A stretch of 64,000 nt of DNA from NCBI GenBank assembly GCA_020891255.1, contig BQFW01000004.1, positions 992,001-1,056,000 on the forward strand. Direction: 5' to 3'. The number at the start of each line of letters is the position of its first letter. Position 1 is the stretch's first letter. Under the pieces are notes generated by a model that searched no databases, had not been told where the DNA came from, and saw only the letters and a program-made list of their open reading frames with translations. The position numbers were made by a program, and so were the translations under genes. Below are positions 21,792-34,144 of the stretch, one piece after another. The DNA comes from Entomortierella parvispora E1425 (taxonomy: Eukaryota > Fungi > Mortierellomycota).

Positions 21792-22168
21792 ATTTTTTTT
21801 GAGGCGTAGTGGGCGTTGCACAAGATTTTCTTTCTTTGCCCGTGAGCCCTGTTTTCTGGAAAAAAAACCTCAATTTGTCAGTTTCTTTCGAGGACGAACG
21901 GCGGAGGGGTAGCTATCGTCATCCCCCCGTGATGGCGGTCGTCGAGAAGAAGAAGAGGAAGTGGAGGCGAGGATGTTACAGCATGTCTTTATCTTGAACA
22001 ACACTGTGGTATATTTTGACTCCATGGCGCAATGGATTTTTCAAGAGATGTGTTTTTATTATATGGTACACGGGGGACAGAGACGAGATGAGAAAGACGA
22101 GAAAGAAGTGATATTTTGTTTGTGGTCTCCCTCCCTCGTCGTTGTTTTTGTGGGTTGGGGGGTTTTTT

Positions 22169-25100
22169 TTACCAGAAGGCACAGTATCCGATCCAACACT
22201 GACAGAGGTTCTCAGTCGAGGTGGCCTGCTGAATCAGTTTCTCAACCTGAGATTGAACATCCAGACTCTTGTCCGGGGTGAAATCACGTCCTGTCAACTT
22301 GTTGGTCACCCTGTTCAAGACCGTGATGGCCCTCTGGTTCAAGGGCTCGGCTGGATTCTGTTGACTGTCCGAGGTAGAGAGTCCCTCCAAGGAATCCGTT
22401 ACCGTCGAATGGTGACCATTGACTGGAACAGCCAAATTGTTTTTGGCGCCTCCTGCGGCAGTTTTGGTAGTAGCCCCTGCCGCTGTTGCTGTTGCTGTTG
22501 CCGCCGCCGTCGCCGCCGCCGCCGTCGCTTTTTTCAATTTCTGATTCTTTTCCTTTTCAATCAATTCTTGTTCACTTGGCACGATGGGCCGTCTCAAACT
22601 CCGAGCCAGACTCAGTCCTTCCTGCTCTCCTTGGAGTGCGGTGTTCGCAGTGGTCGTCGCCACAGCCTTACGGCCGCCAGCAGCGCCACCGCCAGCAGCA
22701 GCAGCCGTTCCAGTGGCGCCTGCCGCCTGCTGTGAGGCTTGTGTGGACTGCTGTGGCTGTTGAGGGCTAGTATGCAGGATCCTCCAGTTAATCAACGGAT
22801 CATGGACAAAGGCCTCCAAAACGGCCATAACCGACTCCTTGTTCTCCCGCAACACTCTCATGACCGACTCACTCGTCTTCCTGAACGACCCCTCATATCC
22901 GCTGACCTCCATCGCCAAGACCAACATTCGCGTCAATCGGAAGGGAATCCGTTCAGGGAACTGCGCTCGATGCATCGCCACCTCAAAGCAGTCGCCGAAA
23001 TCAATATGGACGATCCGTCCCGTGTTGCGATCCATCATAATGTTGGACGGGTGACGATCGCCCAAGCCCAGGATGTGGCCCACCATCGACATGACCGCCA
23101 AGGACCGCGTATAGGTCGTCCTGCGTTCTAACCACACTTCAGAGTTCTTGGACTTTAGCCAAAGAATCTTGTAGAGGTCTTCGCCCGAGGTCTTGCTCAG
23201 CATGTGCTCAAAGATTTCAACCTTCTGCATCACTGTCAACAGATCAAAGCCGCGATCGGCTGGAGGTGGCGCCATCTGGGTCAAGAGCTGATGCTCTGTC
23301 TTCAAAGAGAGGCCGCGACTATCGCGGTAGCCCTTGATCAAGTTGTGAAGGGTGTCCGTATCCTTGACCCATCCAATCAATCCCGAGTTTGGAGACAGCG
23401 GCGTCACAGAGTATTGCTGAATCGACAAATGGCGCTTGAACGTCTCAGGATCGGCCGCCAGCAGCGTGTTCACCAATCCAAACAACTGCATCACTCTTTC
23501 ATCCTGTCGCAGATCCTCATGACCCTTGAGCAAGAACTCATGTTCCCGACCATCGCTGCCCAGGATGCTCAGTCGACGGGGGTGTTGTTTCGAGGACAAG
23601 ATGGACATGGTGGGGACAAAGGATGTGATTCTGACAATCGGCTCGCCACTCTTGTACGTTCCTGGAATCGCTAGATCCAGATCCCGGACGCCTTGAAGCT
23701 GAGGCGAGACATAGGGCAGGTCCAGAGTCTCGAGGGCCGGAATCTTTCGAATCTTCTCAAAGACATGCATGTAAATGCTCCAGGCATTGTTGAGTTCATT
23801 ACCATCGCGTGTTTGTCTGTACCGAACACAGCAATCAAACGCTTCCTTCAGCTCCCGTCCGAATGTCTTGACAAACACGACCTCACTCATTGTCTCTGGC
23901 CGCTATTATAAGAACAAGTAACAGAAAGAGAATGCGTATCAGTAACAAACGAGCAAACATAAAAGGATATGACCAAAAAAAAAAGAAAAAAAGACGCACC
24001 TTCATAATCATCCGATGCAACGGGTCCAAGATAGCAAACATGGTGTCGATGTTTCTGTTGCCTTGAGCGCTGTGGTTATACACATCTTGCAGTCCCTCCT
24101 CCCACATCTCATGCCAAAGAATCGCCACGCGGACCAGCTCACTGCTGACCAGCAACGCTTGGTTGACCAGAACAGGACTGTGGACCATCATGCTCTCAAT
24201 AATGGCCACCGCAGCATTCTTTCGGAACACGCTCGGAGATTTCGAAGCCACGGCGAGAGAGTATACCAAGGCCTGAGGGTGGGCTTGTCCAACATCCGAG
24301 AGCAGCTTGTGGATCAGCCGATGCACATTCTGACTGGGCGCATGGATCCTGGCAATCAATTGAGGAATCACTTGAAGCCAGGTATCGATCGATACCGTCG
24401 GGAACCCTTGGCTGAGTGTCGCACTGACATCAGCCCGGTGACCAAACTTGAACCAGAGTGTCAAGAGTCGAAGCGTGTCTTGAAGCGAGTTTCCGGCAGA
24501 GAGCGCAATGGATCGGAAGAACCCTTCGATCGAGGGGAAAACGTGTCTCAAAACTTGCTCTGCCGTTCCCGAGGCCGCGTTTTGTTCATAGTACGAGATC
24601 ACTTCGAAATTGGCTAGGGCCCATGTATGCCAGGCCTTGTACCAATGTTTGTCCAGTCGAGTTGCATACTGATAGTGGGTCAAGATACTTTCAACAGACT
24701 CCTACAAAACACAGTGTTTTTTTTTGTCAAGTTTGAGTATAGCCACTCCGATATGCAACAAAAAGAAGTAAATAGAATGAATGAACAAAATATCTTACCG
24801 GTGTCCACTCCTCTTGAATGGCAAATTGCCACTCTCCTTGCTTGAGGTAACAACGGGCCAGCAGTCGGGCAAAATCATCTTCCGTGCCTCCGCCCTTATG
24901 AAGACCTGTCAGTGTGTCGCCCTTTCCTGGTGAAAGAGCCGCACCGTTCCTCAAATCTGTCGCGAGTCGATCAGTGAATTCATGAAGACAGCTTAGCGTT
25001 TGTGCCCGGACTCCTGTCGCCCACATGTACTTGAGTTTAGCATACACGACCTGCGGTGGCGTCACAAGAACTAGATTCGTAAACTTCATCTCCACAGTAT

Positions 25101-28100
25101 CCTGTCCGATTAGCGCAACCATAGCTTGCTCCGCCAGCCGTAGGCGACCCGACTTTCGACAGAGGTTCATAAACTTGATCCGAACCACCATGTCCTCGGC
25201 CGGTGTCAAAGCCAGCGCATGGACCTTGATGGTCTTTTGCCAAATCTCCACGTTTCTCTCACAGCCCAGGAGGCGTTTCATCCAGGTTCGTCGAATGGTG
25301 GCCTGTCTCTCTGGCTGCTGAGCGTATTTCTTGTACGCAATAACCTCCTCTAGCTCCGCCATCATCTGAACCCGGACCACGGTTTCGTACGCTCGACTGT
25401 AACTCTCGCTCACCAACGCCGTCATCTCGGTATCCAGCGAGCTTCGAGTTTGCTCAATGCACTCCTTTGCTTGGTCGAATTGCTCCCGTCGCAGGTACAA
25501 GATGGCGCGGAAGAAGGCCTTGTTCGAGGTGTTGTCCTTCATCACCGAGACATATTCACTCAGCAGGTCCCACTGACCAAGGCCCCAAGCTGCCGCAGCC
25601 ACATAGGATGCCATTTTACTCCTGATATTGGCTGAGGCGTGACTCCATTTCTCCTGGGCCAAGGTCGAAAGAGCCTCCCATTCTCCCAGGGCATGAAGAC
25701 ATCGCATCCGTCCGACTGTCAACCACAGATCCTGCGGGTGTTCCAGCTGTTTCCGCTCATAAGCCGCCAAGGCATCTCCCCATCTTTGGAGACGCTCGTA
25801 CCAATACTCCTTGAGTTCAATGGTGTGATGACTCTGAGCATAGGTCAAGATACCAGCTGCCGCATCCGGCTGTTGCAAGTCATCGTTGATCACGATCAAA
25901 GATTCAATGGCCTCCTTGGAGCGATCCTTCATAAACTCCAGCTCTTTGTAGTGAAGTGCCTTGGCATAGGCGTGGCAAGTCATGGCGTATTTGCCCAGTG
26001 TCCTGATCTCGATCGGCAGTGGCTTGTCGTCGTGCTCCATATACTCCGCTACGTTCAAGATGGTCTGGATAATTTCAGGAGATACGTTGGGTGCCACAAC
26101 CGCTGTCCTTAAAGCCTCTGCAAACTCAGCCTACAAGTTCGTAAAATATCAAAAAGCATATGAGTACCGTCGGCAACAAAACCATAATGGTTTCCATAGC
26201 AATCATCGACAATCCTCCTTAATTTCATCGCTAAGCATACCTGGAACTGCTCGGTGAGCGAGGTCCAACAGGACATGAAGGCTGCGTTAAAGAGTTCTCT
26301 TGCCAGGGGTTGAAACGAATTCGCCATTTCGGCACAGGCTCTCAGTGAATGTGAAGGCGTTCCTTTGAGTAGCTCCAGACGGAGTCGTCGGATCCAGTCC
26401 ATCCAGTCGTCCTCTGTAGACCGGGACTGGGTATTCCAGGCTCTTCGCAGAGCCATGGGATTGACGGGCAGCTTTCGGTTGTCGGATTCAGCTTGAGGGA
26501 CATCAGTCGTCAGCACATATCGATCATCGCCCGTTCCAGTCAGTTCTGAAGGTGAAGGGAGGGGATCCTTGTTCATCAGTTTTGTCATGACCAATTCATA
26601 GTTCTTATGAACAATATTCTCTCTTGTCAACACCTAGTAAAATAAAGATATGGTTCGGTCAGGACATTGGATCAGACCATTATAGTCAAATGCGCATGTG
26701 TCTTGGCTTCGCTGGTTACCTTTCGAACGAGCGGAGCAAAGTTCAAATAATTTTGTCCAAGTTGAATCACCATCAAGCAGAGCACATCCATTGTCGCCGT
26801 TCTCAACTCTGGGATAGATAACGCCAGAATTCTGGACAACGCATGCGTAATCCTGGAAGCGTGGTCCGACAGGTCGACTCTCCTCGATAAAGCACCAATC
26901 GTACTAATGGCCGCCCGTCGCAAATTCAAAGGTGCCTCTGGTCGCTCAAAAGTCTTGACCAGCAGTGGAATAATCATGTGCATATACTCCTCGATATTCG
27001 TGCCGAGCTTCACAAGGGCCTGCAAGACCCTGAATGAGGCATTGCCGTGGTGATGATGGGGTTGCTGACGTGGTTGCTGCTGTCTTTCCGAGGACAGATC
27101 TGCTTCCAGAATTGCCATCATGGATCGAAGGAATTTGGGCATGTAGGATTTATACTCTCCATCCAAACAGAGTGCAATGCTCTCGATCAGTCCAATGATA
27201 CGCTCCTGCACGCGGGTATGAGTCCAGTTATCCTGCACTAGCTGGAGGAGCTCGGGTATATAAGGTCGAATATGTTCTTTGACAATCGCCACTAAAAAGC
27301 TCATGTTTTCAAAGTAAAAATCCAGATTCAACAATGTTCCAGATTGCATGATGTTCACGTAAACAGGCATGATCTATATTGTTGTGAAATCGGACCTAGT
27401 TAATTACACATTTTTGACATGTCGCCCATTTTCACATGGTTCAGAGCGAGGGAGGCGTCTTACCTGAGGGAGGAAAGGGACCATCTTCAATCTGAGGGCC
27501 TGGAAGATGTTCAAGATGGCCTGGGTCGCAGGTTGGTACTGTTGGCTGAGGGATGGGTCCTTTAGAATCTTTAACAGGGCAGTAATAACAACGGTGGGAT
27601 AGTACTCATCCGAGGATGGGTCGACTCCATTCATCAGCAGGATCACATCCGTATTGTCCGATTTGTCGCTTTGGTTGGGGTCGCCTGATTCAATCACCAT
27701 TTGCTATTTGAATGGACAAATTGGACAAGTCAGCAAAAACCGTTTCAAGTAAACAAAAAAGAAAAATAGAGATCAAATCCTAGCAAATCTCCAGTTAGCG
27801 GACATTACCTTGTGACGATAAGGATCAAGAGCACCAAGAACTCCAATTAGCTTCATAGTCTCCTGTCGAATTCGGACTGATTGCTCCGATTTCAGAATAA
27901 ACACCAGGATATCCAGAAGAATAGGGTATTTGAGATAGGGATCAATGACATATCCCGTGTTGCTTGCCAGCCTTCCTAAAGCCGTCAGAGCCGCGCTTCG
28001 TTTCATAGAAGAACTCTGGTCCTGCAGAATCTCGATGAAGTTGGGCATCAGCTGGTCCATGTAGGGCAGCATGGCCTCGCCGCCCACCTGTGCTAATTCT

Positions 28101-31100
28101 CCGAAAGCCTGAAGAACACTGGAGACTACCCCAGGACTGCTGTCCTTAATGTTGGGCAAAAGAACCTTGAAAATTCTGTCGATATAGGGCTTGATCATTG
28201 ACTCTGAAGCAACGATCAACAGTGTCAAGAGCCTGGCACTTTCTTCCTTGTTTCTTCCCATTCCAGAGTATTCAATCTCGGTCAAGAGCTGGATAAGAAG
28301 CTTCCGCAGCGATGGAACCACATAGGCCGGGTTGTGCACAGTGAGTCTGCCAATGATCGAGATGGCCATCTCACGAATCACAAAGGTCTCGTCGTTCAAG
28401 GCGAAGAATAAAGATCGCACATGCTCTGCCTTGGCGAGGTGTCTGTCAAATCTCTCATCCAGTGAAGTCAAGATGGCTTGACGAATAGTCGGGTCCGGAT
28501 CAGCTGTGACGACCAACAAGAGCCGCTCCAAGACTTCTCCCACCACCTGAACTGCATGGGTGCTGGTCTGAAAGACGATGGGATCCCTGGCAAAGAGCCT
28601 ACAGCATGTAAGAGCAGCTGCGCGTCTAACACCCGAATTGTTGTGGTCCAGATAGCCGATACAGCTGTCCCTAACAAATTCATTCAAAACGTGTCCGTTG
28701 AAGTTGAATGACCCAAGGGTTCTCAGCGCCAGAATGAGTGCGTCCGTGTCCCGATCACCAAGGACCGGTGTGGGCATCTTTTTCGGCAACGGAGCCCCTG
28801 GTTCCCTGTACAGTTGGCCACTTAGAATAATCGAGATGATATTGAGGAGTCGTTCTGTGATATTTGAACACCATGAAGAGAAGAGTGTTAGCCATATAGT
28901 GGCCACGTACAAGCAACAATAATCACCAAAACAAAACGTCCATAATTACCTTGAACACCGGCCAGAAGGTCTGGGATCTGAACAGACAATATTGCAAGAG
29001 ACTGACACATTTCCTGACTTAAACCTGTCATGAGCATCAAGTCCAGCAGTTCTGACATGTGAGGTGACAACGTTGGTCCAACAGCCTTTGCCAACATGCT
29101 AATGCAGTTGAAGATCGGAATATCTGCCACAGCGCGGTTTTTGCTACAAAAATAGTAAGAATGAGATTTAGTTACAGAGGCATTGTCAATCTAGGAACCT
29201 CCTATTGTGATGCAGTCCCAGATTTACCTCTTGGCTCGTAAACCATCCTTGATGCACTGCATGACGTCGTTCAAAAACGGGTCCATGTCATGTTGCGCCA
29301 CCAAGGCAATTTTTCCAATGGCCAAGAACGCCATGGCTCGATCTGTCTCATTGACTGGTTTGCGTTCCTTGTCCATATATAGCTGGCCGATAAGGTGTAG
29401 CATGGATCGACGAAGATAGAAATTAATGAATGCCGTGGGGTTGTAGGCTGCAAGTTCGGGAATAAGATTGATAATTGTCCTCCGCACGAGTGAATCCCGA
29501 TGGTCCTTGAGCTGCAGCACAATATGGCATGTATTCATGAATCTTTCATCCATGAACTAGGGGTTTCACAGTAATATTATAACATGTCAGCGCTTTGTTC
29601 GGTAGTGAGCCCTTTAAGCGCGGACGAAAACTGGATCCCAAATCCATGAAGCTTACCATTCCACCATGAAGTAAGAGCTCCTTGATGATCAGGAGCGATC
29701 CATGAATACTCTCCACAGAGCCTATCCGGAGACCTCTTTGTGCTTCCTCATCTATCCTGCTGTACCAATCCGCCTTTTCTGAAGAGTCGCGATCTGTGAT
29801 GAGGACAAGGAGAGCGCTAAGAGTATCCGCAGCTGCCTCGCGAATGATTTGCTATTGGACAATTGGACGATGTAGTTAGATATTTTCCGTCATCCCTTGG
29901 ACTTCAAGTCGATTGTTAACGCTTGTCCGATCCATTAGAGTTCATACTTTTTGTTCGCGAAATGTTCCCCAGATGTGCTCCAGAATCGTCCCAACATAAG
30001 AATAGACAATGACGCTAGCATGCCTTGCAAGTTCCGCCAATACGAGCACACTAGCATGTCGCCTTGCTTCCTGTCGGTCACCTAGAGTTATCCGTGATCA
30101 CACAGAGTCCTGGTGAGTACACATGTCCCATCTTTTTTGATTTCTCTCCGCTGAAGGATATCACTCGAACAGCACCCCTTTGTACCTGCAAGTCGTTCTA
30201 TAGCTCGTTTGACTTCGAACTCGACAAACTCAGTCGTGAATGTGCCTCCCTGCTGCGCCAGTTTTCCTACGGTCCCAAAAATAAAAGCCATATCAGCCAT
30301 CCAGCCTTGTCTCGTGTCAGCAGTCATCTTTAGTGTCAAGGCAGTGTCTTCATACCAAGCGCTCTTGCAGCCACCGTCATCGTGGGCACATCGGAAGGTA
30401 GCAGTTGGCGTAGGAAGTTGGCAAAGCGGGTATCCAGGGCCGTGTTGTCGTCCTCGATTCCAATCAAGTTATCTATAGATCACAAGGTTTGAGGTCGAAT
30501 TCGGTCAAAAAAAGAAAGCATATGACAAGTGTCGTGAGTGTCAACAATTTTTGTCAACAGCAGCGTCGAAAGAGCAAACGTGGGCGTCTATCTTTGGGCG
30601 TCTGTTGGGACACACGATCTGATTCCTCATGGCCGATCGCTATTATTTCTTTTTGGCGCGTTTTTTTTGATACCTATGATAAGGACTCCGCAGAGCTTGT
30701 CGTCGCTGTCGGCACTCTGCACCAGGACGCGCAAGACGTTTGTGATTTCATCGTAGAACTTTGCCAGATCTTGTCCTGAAAGCTCTCTTGAGGTCAGTGT
30801 GACCTGCATAGACAAAAAAAGAAAATCGTATCCAGTCAGTCATTCAGTCATTCAGTTTGGTCTGCAGAACTGCTCCCAAGGGCGAGGGATTGTCGGCATA
30901 TCTCCTTACGTATCCTTTAAGCGCTTCGGCACTGATGTCTCTCGCCTTGTCATTGTGAAGACTAGATTGTACAAAGAGGAATCAAAACAAGGAGGCACGG
31001 GTGAGCGACCGGGCTGTCAAAGGTGGTTGAAGGTGCGTGAAGCAAAGCGAAACGGCTTCCTCGCTTCTTTCCACAGTACCTGGCTTTCAGGTCGTTGGTG

Positions 31101-31135
31101 AGGCGGGTGAGGGAGAGGGGGGATGTAGTGGCCAT
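22169..31135 (-). CDS. TOR: Target of rapamycin kinase (HEAT-FAT-FRB-PIKK kinase-FATC), multi-exon, complete
   Basis: [49 protein letters not shown] start [26 protein letters not shown]-type end. 5' exons traced to [19 protein letters not shown] (ATG 31135). Confidence 0.97.
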
Positions 31136-31533
31136 GGCCAGGGGGACGGAGCGGTGGCCAGTCTTGGATTGTCTGTCCTGTCAGACAGACAAAAGCCGAA
31201 CTAGGGGATGGCGCCTTTTTGAGGGAAATGGAAGGATGGATGGACTGATTGCAATTAGCGTGAGATTAAGATGTCCGAGGCGGTGTCTTAATTCAACGTG
31301 GGGTTTAAGGACTAAAGGAAATGGAGGGTGGAGCAGTAGAGGGTATGCCAGGAACGAGGGGATGGGGGGATGGATGTGTGGAGTGAAGATGGAAGAAGGA
31401 AGACGATCCCTTCAGACAGCTGTCAGTCAGTCAGTGGGTCAGTCAGTCACTCTCAACGGTCTGCAATCGAGATTGGAAGGGTGTGCATGGTGCAGAAGGA
31501 CCGCGAAAGGGGAACACCATCGGCAATGGTTTG

Positions 31534-31543
31534 GTCACGTGAC
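31534..31543. promoter_or_regulatory. Palindromic E-box GTCACGTGAC in the divergent TOR / transporter intergenic region
   Basis: Perfect 10-bp palindrome read directly; RTCACGTG is the known site of Cbf1/USF/MiT-TFE class bHLH factors. Function here is inferred. Confidence 0.4.
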
Positions 31544-32215
31544 TGATACTTCATTTCATTCTTTTTTTTTTTTTTTTTCTTTTTTTTTTTTTTCGGGTCG
31601 TGTTGAAGCTAGCTGTGCTGGCGTGTTTCATTTCGTAGCGGTCGTTGTCATCGTTACAACAGGCCCCCAGGCACCGTCTTCTCTCGCTCCACCGCGATCT
31701 GCACCTTCTTTTCTCCGCGCACAACATTCCTCCATCCGAGGGTCGCCTTTTTCGTGTTGCTCGTCCAGGCAGTTGGAAAACTCAAAAATTACAAGTATTT
31801 TTATACGCTCGCTGACTGGTGCAACTTCAAGTTTCTCGACGGTCAAAGGGGGAAATCGTTTTCACGCAGCAAGGGACGGAAGGAGCGAGGAGATATTGGC
31901 TTTGAGAAAAGAGTCCCATGGGCCGTTTACATACAAAAGGCACCCGTGCGCTTCCTCTCTTTCTCTTTTTTTTCTTCATCCTGTGCTCGTTTTTGTTTTC
32001 TCTCTTTTCTCTCTCTGTCGGTTGTTCTCTTCTTGTCCTCATATACCCTCCTCCGCCTTTGTATACCAATCACACCCCCTTCCTTTGCCCATCCTCGACA
32101 GTACAGACCACCTCCCGCGCAAAAAAAAAAAAAAAGAACAAACGAAATCATCAAACAACTTTCACTCTCCACACACAAACACTTCTCGCGCAAATCTCGT
32201 CAAAGCACTATACAC

Positions 32216-33847
32216 ATGTCTACATCCAAGGATATCTTTGACCTCGAAAAGCAGGAATACCAGCTTGTCGATCACCCCATCCAACGCCTTTCCCTTCAAC
32301 AACAGCACCAGCAATTGGAGCAACCACAACCACAGCAGCAGCAACAGCAACAGCACCAGCAGCTCCCTCTTCACGCCCACCTCGAACCAGAGGATGTTCG
32401 TGTCTCCCCCTTCCACATGGACGTCAATATGAACCCACCTTTGAACGCCGTCATCCAATCCGCGGTCCCTCCGCCAAACCCCGGTCCCTTTGGTCTCTGC
32501 GCTTTCGCGTTGACGGCTTTCTGCATGGGTCTTTACAACCTTCGGGCAGGTGTGGGAGCGAATGCACCGGGCAACATTATTACGGGAACAGCCATGTTCT
32601 ATGGTGGTCTTGGTCAGGTAATGACGCTTTTTTTTCTGTCTCTCTTTTTTGCCTTTCTATTTTTTTTCTCCCAACAACTCAACTCGGTCCTTGAAGGAGA
32701 GAACTGGGGCGAAGTAGGGAAAGCCCTGCCAATTGGTTTCTCTGGTTTGCAATTTTTGTTTGTTTGTTTTGTTTTTATGATGTCCGCTCCTGTCGTTCAA
32801 AGGGGTGGATCCTTCCTCCTCTTCGATGATTTGTGATTCGATCGACAGCACAGAAGCCTTGTATTTTTTTTTTCTGGACACGGAGCAAGTAAAGTTCCCC
32901 GCAAATTGCCCATCATTTTTGTGGGCAACGTATTCCTCCCCTCCTTCTTTCTCCCCTTCCTTCCCCTGTTACTGGCCCTGCACGCCTTTGCCTGCTTTCT
33001 TGGACTGTATCCAGCCTAGTTCCTTTCTTAACCTACCTTTCATCTTCCGCTCCCATTTCTTCCGAGGTCACGCTCTCACGTCTCACGGACAAGCCCTGCC
33101 ATTGATCCACCCCCCGCTTCATTTAACATCTTAGCCCCATTTTTTTTTCGTCTTCATACTTTCGGGCACGGTTGTCCTTTTTTTCTATTTGGCAGGGGGT
33201 TCGGACACAAAAATGATCACCAGCAAAAAAAAAAAGTCAAAAACGAACGACGCGCAGACCTCAGCCCATGGTGCACGGTCCTAGCAATCACAACACGCGT
33301 CAACCTACTCTTGCTAACCCAACGATCCTTCCCCCCCCCCCCTTTTTTTTTTCTTCTACTACTCTTTTCATTTCTCCCACTCCCTCCACCCCCTGATTAG
33401 GTCATTGCTGGTCTGCTCGAGTACCGCAACGGAAACACGTTCGGAGGCACAACCTTTTGCTCTTATGGTCTCTACTGGATCTCGTACGCCACTCTGTTGA
33501 TCCCTTCCTTTGGCGTCGCTGCTGCCTATGCTGATTTCCCCGAGGATTACATGACTGCTGTCGGCACCTATCTCTTGGGCTGGACCATCTTCACCTTCTT
33601 GATGTGGACCCTGACCTGGAAATCCAACCTCGCTTCCTCAGCCCTGTTCTTTTGTCTCGGACTGACCTATCTCTTCAGCACCATCTCCAGTCTGGCTCAT
33701 TTGGAACCTGGTAACATTGTTCAAAAAGTCGGAGGCGCCACCGGTGTCCTCACCTCTTCGATTGCCTGGTACTGTGCTTTGGCTGATCTCAGTCATGCCC
33801 AAAACTCGTTCTATACCTTGCCTCTCGGTCAATTGGGTCGCAGATAG
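32216..33847 (+). CDS. Gpr1/Fun34/YaaH (Ady2/SatP-like) acetate/ammonia transporter; one 783-nt intron (32618-33400)
   Basis: NPGPFGLCAFALT signature (family NPAPLGL), MFYGGLGQ|VIAGLLEYRNGNTFGGTTFCSYGLYW, six hydrophobic helices, poly-Q N-terminus. Confidence 0.92.
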
Positions 33848-34144
33848 ATGCAAAAAAAAAAGACTTTTTTTTCTAGACACTTTCCTCAGGAATGAAAGAA
33901 AGCAATCATACCTTAAACTTCTCCATCCAGCATATTGCATCCTCTCCGCCTGTCCATCGCCTTTACAGCGGGTACCAACCCATTTTCCTTCCATATACCA
34001 CGTTGCCTTATCTTAATAAAAAAAAAAGGGTCTACACTTTTAATGTCGTGTGCGATGAACGAGTATCTGTCTATGTACGAGGTGTCTATATGGGTAAGGT
34101 ATCTTTTTCTGATTCTTGTTCTACTTTCCCCCCCTTCAACGTTT

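Noticed and set aside
22142-22770. Antisense ORFs with poly-Cys/poly-Arg
   Set aside because: Shadow frames of the GCN/CAG-rich poly-Ala/Gln insert in the variable TOR regulatory region, which is commonly expanded.
31095-32836. 445-aa and 360-aa plus-strand ORFs upstream of the transporter
   Set aside because: They run through promoter/UTR low-complexity sequence (poly-F, poly-K); only the part from ATG 32216 to the donor at 32618 is family-like.
32618-33400. 783-nt transporter intron as an ncRNA host
   Set aside because: Mostly homopolymer and pyrimidine tracts; no C/D or H/ACA boxes in convincing arrangement.
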